Shown here: piece by piece, positions 61,701 to 64,000 of the stretch | How positions within the stretch are numbered: position 1 is the first letter of the stretch | Layout of the letters: every line of letters starts with the position of its first letter | Origin: Ptychomitrium polyphyllum | Lineage: Eukaryota | Reading direction: 5' to 3' | Length of the DNA: 64,000 nucleotides | NCBI GenBank assembly: GCA_973851085.1 | Contig: OZ316776.1 | Location: 62,001 to 126,000 of the forward strand | Made by a program: the position numbers and the translations under genes | The notes under the pieces: model-generated | Databases searched by the model: none | The model's input: only the letters and a program-made list of their open reading frames with translations | Told to the model about the DNA's origin: nothing

Positions 61701-64000
61701 TCGCCATTCTTCAAACGCATCCACAATTGCAAGTAGTTCTTTATCATGTATATCATAATTGATCTCTGCAGCTGAGAACTTCCTTGAACGAAAGGCAAGA
61801 GGGTGAAGTCTTTTGTCTTCATCATATTGTGAAAGTACTGAGCCAGGCGCAAAATCTAAGGCATCCACTTCCAAATAGAAAGGCTTTGATGGAATTGGAT
61901 GAATAAGAATTGGAGCCGACATGAATGACTTTTTAAGACTTTGAAATGTTTTTTCCGCCTCTTTACCCAAATGAATTTTTGCTTTCCTGTAAGACGTGTT
62001 AATGGTGCCGCAATCTTGGAATAACTCTTGATGAATATCCTGTAGGAGTTTGCAAATCCCAAGAAGCATTGAACATTTTGAATTGATCTTGGCGTATTCC
62101 ACTCCATGATAGTGCTTATTTTTTTTCTTATCCATATGGATTCCTCCTTTGGAAATGATGTAGCCTAAAAATTCAACCGAGGATTTGTGGAAAAGGCACT
62201 TCTTTAATTTGGCATATAATCCTCGCTGGCGTAATTTTTCTAAGACCACTCGCACATGACATTTGTGGTCTTGTTCATCCTTTGAATATATCAGAATGTC
62301 ATCTAAGTAAATGACTACAAAATCATCAAGATGTTCATGGAAGATATCATTCATCATATGTTGGAAGCCTGCGGGAGCATTAGTAAGGCCAAAAGGCATG
62401 ACATTGTATTCAAAATGACCATGCCTAGATTGAAAAGCTGTCATCCATTCATCTCCTTTTTTGATGTGTACAAGATTGTAGGCTCCTCTAAAATCAATTT
62501 TGGTGAATATCTTTGCTTGGCCAAGTTGTTGTAGGAGTTCTGAGATTAATGGTAATGGATAGCGATTCTTTTTTGTTACTTTATTGAGGCCTCAATAGTC
62601 CACGCACATATGCAATGGTCCATCTTTCTTCTTTACAAATAAAATGGGTGCTCTTGCCGATGATTTGGAGTGCTGAATGAAGCCTTTTCCAAGGTTTTCA
62701 TCAATATAATCTCTCAAGGTAGCCAACTCGGTTTGTGATAAGTTATAAATAGGTCCAAAAGGTGGTTGGACTCCTTCTTACAACTCAATGGTACAATTAT
62801 AAGGTCGGTGCTTTGGTAACATGTCCGCATTCTTCTTCTTGAAAACGTCTTTATAATCTTGATATTGACGAGGTATATTTTTATTTGTCTCTATTATAGA
62901 GCTGGACATTGGCATGGCATAAATGACATAGATTGGTTCATCTTTTGCCGCTCTCATAAATGCCTTAGTTGCAATAAATGATGGTCTAAGATTTCTCGTA
63001 CCTTGACGTCTTTTCTCTAAAACCACATTCCAAGAGCGCCAATCAATGTCTAGATAATGTAATTCAAAACAAAGAAGGCTCAAAACAATAGGATTTGTTC
63101 AGCATTGAATAATATTGAAGACAATCTTAGGTGCCTAATCTCTTAAAACAACCTCCAGGGATTGAGTTTCTTCAAAAACGTTGCCAGACGCAAGAGATCA
63201 TCCATCAATAACTTCAACAGGTGCGGGATATTTTTTCTTCAAAAGCACCATGTGATGTTTGGTTGCAAAATCCTTGTCCATGAAACATGCTGTTGCACTA
63301 GTGTCTAAAAGAGCCTCACTAATTATTTCATCATCTAACAATTTATTTTTGATAGGAAATGTAAAATAAGAGGTAGGGCTTGAAGATAGTAAGAGACCTT
63401 GATTTGATGGTTGTTTCCTTGTGGTGTCCAGTCGCATGGTCCCTATTGTAACTGGACAACCTCATTTTTCAACTCCACTATTGTGCTTTGAGCCTTAAAG
63501 GAAGATCCTTTGATTTGGCAATTGCGCACTTTATGTCAAGACTTGCCACAATACAAACATAGGTCTTTTCTTCGACGCCTTTTTTTTTCTTCTGGAGTCA
63601 AACGTCTAAATTAAGCAACATCAATTTGCATAGGTTCTGATCCTTGTGGTCGGCTTTCTGATATTCTCAAAGAAGTGGTAGTCATGCTTTGATGTACTGG
63701 TCGCCATCCCAAGCGTTGTTCTTGGCGCCTCTCAAATAGTCTGTTGTCACATGCTATTGCCTGAGTGATGAATTCGTCCAATGTTTCAACTCTTAGCATT
63801 GTGAGTAGCAAGTCCTTCATTTTCTTTCTTAAGCCCCATCGGAATTGTGGGACCAAGGCTTTATCATTCCAATCAAGGTCGCAAGCTAATTGTCGAAATT
63901 TTGCAGCATATGTAGCAACTAAGCACTGTTCTTATTGGAGACTCAAGATCTTTGTCTTAGCCACCCTCTCTCGATTGGTGTCTCCAAAAATAGATGTCAA
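58795..64000 (-). mobile_element. Gypsy chromovirus (Tcn1/moss RLG1-like): gag-pol with chromodomain, extra 3' ORF, PPT and 3' LTR (58795-59304); continues beyond the window
   Basis: [37 protein letters not shown], integrase MDFIT..SDRGPQF..DGQT, chromodomain YEMEEILD..YFIHWQGY..TWEP and PPT ggggaggtga next to the LTR start TGTCAC at 59304. Stops and frameshifts present. Confidence 0.93.
59360..59818 (-). CDS. Additional 152-aa ORF between the chromodomain and the PPT of the retrotransposon
   Basis: ATG-initiated, uninterrupted, same strand as pol; no recognised domain. Confidence 0.4.
   Translation of the reverse strand: MSNLRVMMDMREEQSAMPSSTTTSVEPTQLSQPSVTEDLSQDMIGTFQRRVRPYAEVFNSRPSHSNFDLDACVLVILLKIGRVTPGGPEILFGRCFEGLNQDQILGWNISTTEVLTSGHRRFLQGPVEVVNKEQQVEYVASLLRQILEFVEM

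Overview
Mostly land-plant nuclear DNA, probably a moss of the Physcomitrium/Funaria type (inferred from intron style and the chromovirus LTR family). It carries eight plant genes. Seven are spliced: an RsmB/NOP2 RNA m5C methyltransferase, an uncharacterised protein, a WWE-WWE-RING-DTC Deltex-like E3 ligase, a P-class PPR protein, an amidohydrolase, a gar2-related protein and a nitronate monooxygenase. One, a UAA nucleotide-sugar transporter, is intronless. There is also a 2-alkenal reductase pseudogene and AT-rich nests of hAT, Copia and Gypsy remnants. Directly after a 100-N gap lies a ~7.3 kb intact, GC-rich alphaproteobacterial block (19966-~27297) carrying DUF2336, a DMT transporter, ubiG, an aldo/keto reductase and REP-like palindromes; it is most likely assembly contamination. 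That block holds the most interesting system: a two-gene operon preceded by a LexA box. It encodes a radical SAM/HhH protein ending in a QLSLF clamp-binding motif and a DUF4130-UdgX fusion. Family assignments come from motif recognition, not database searches.
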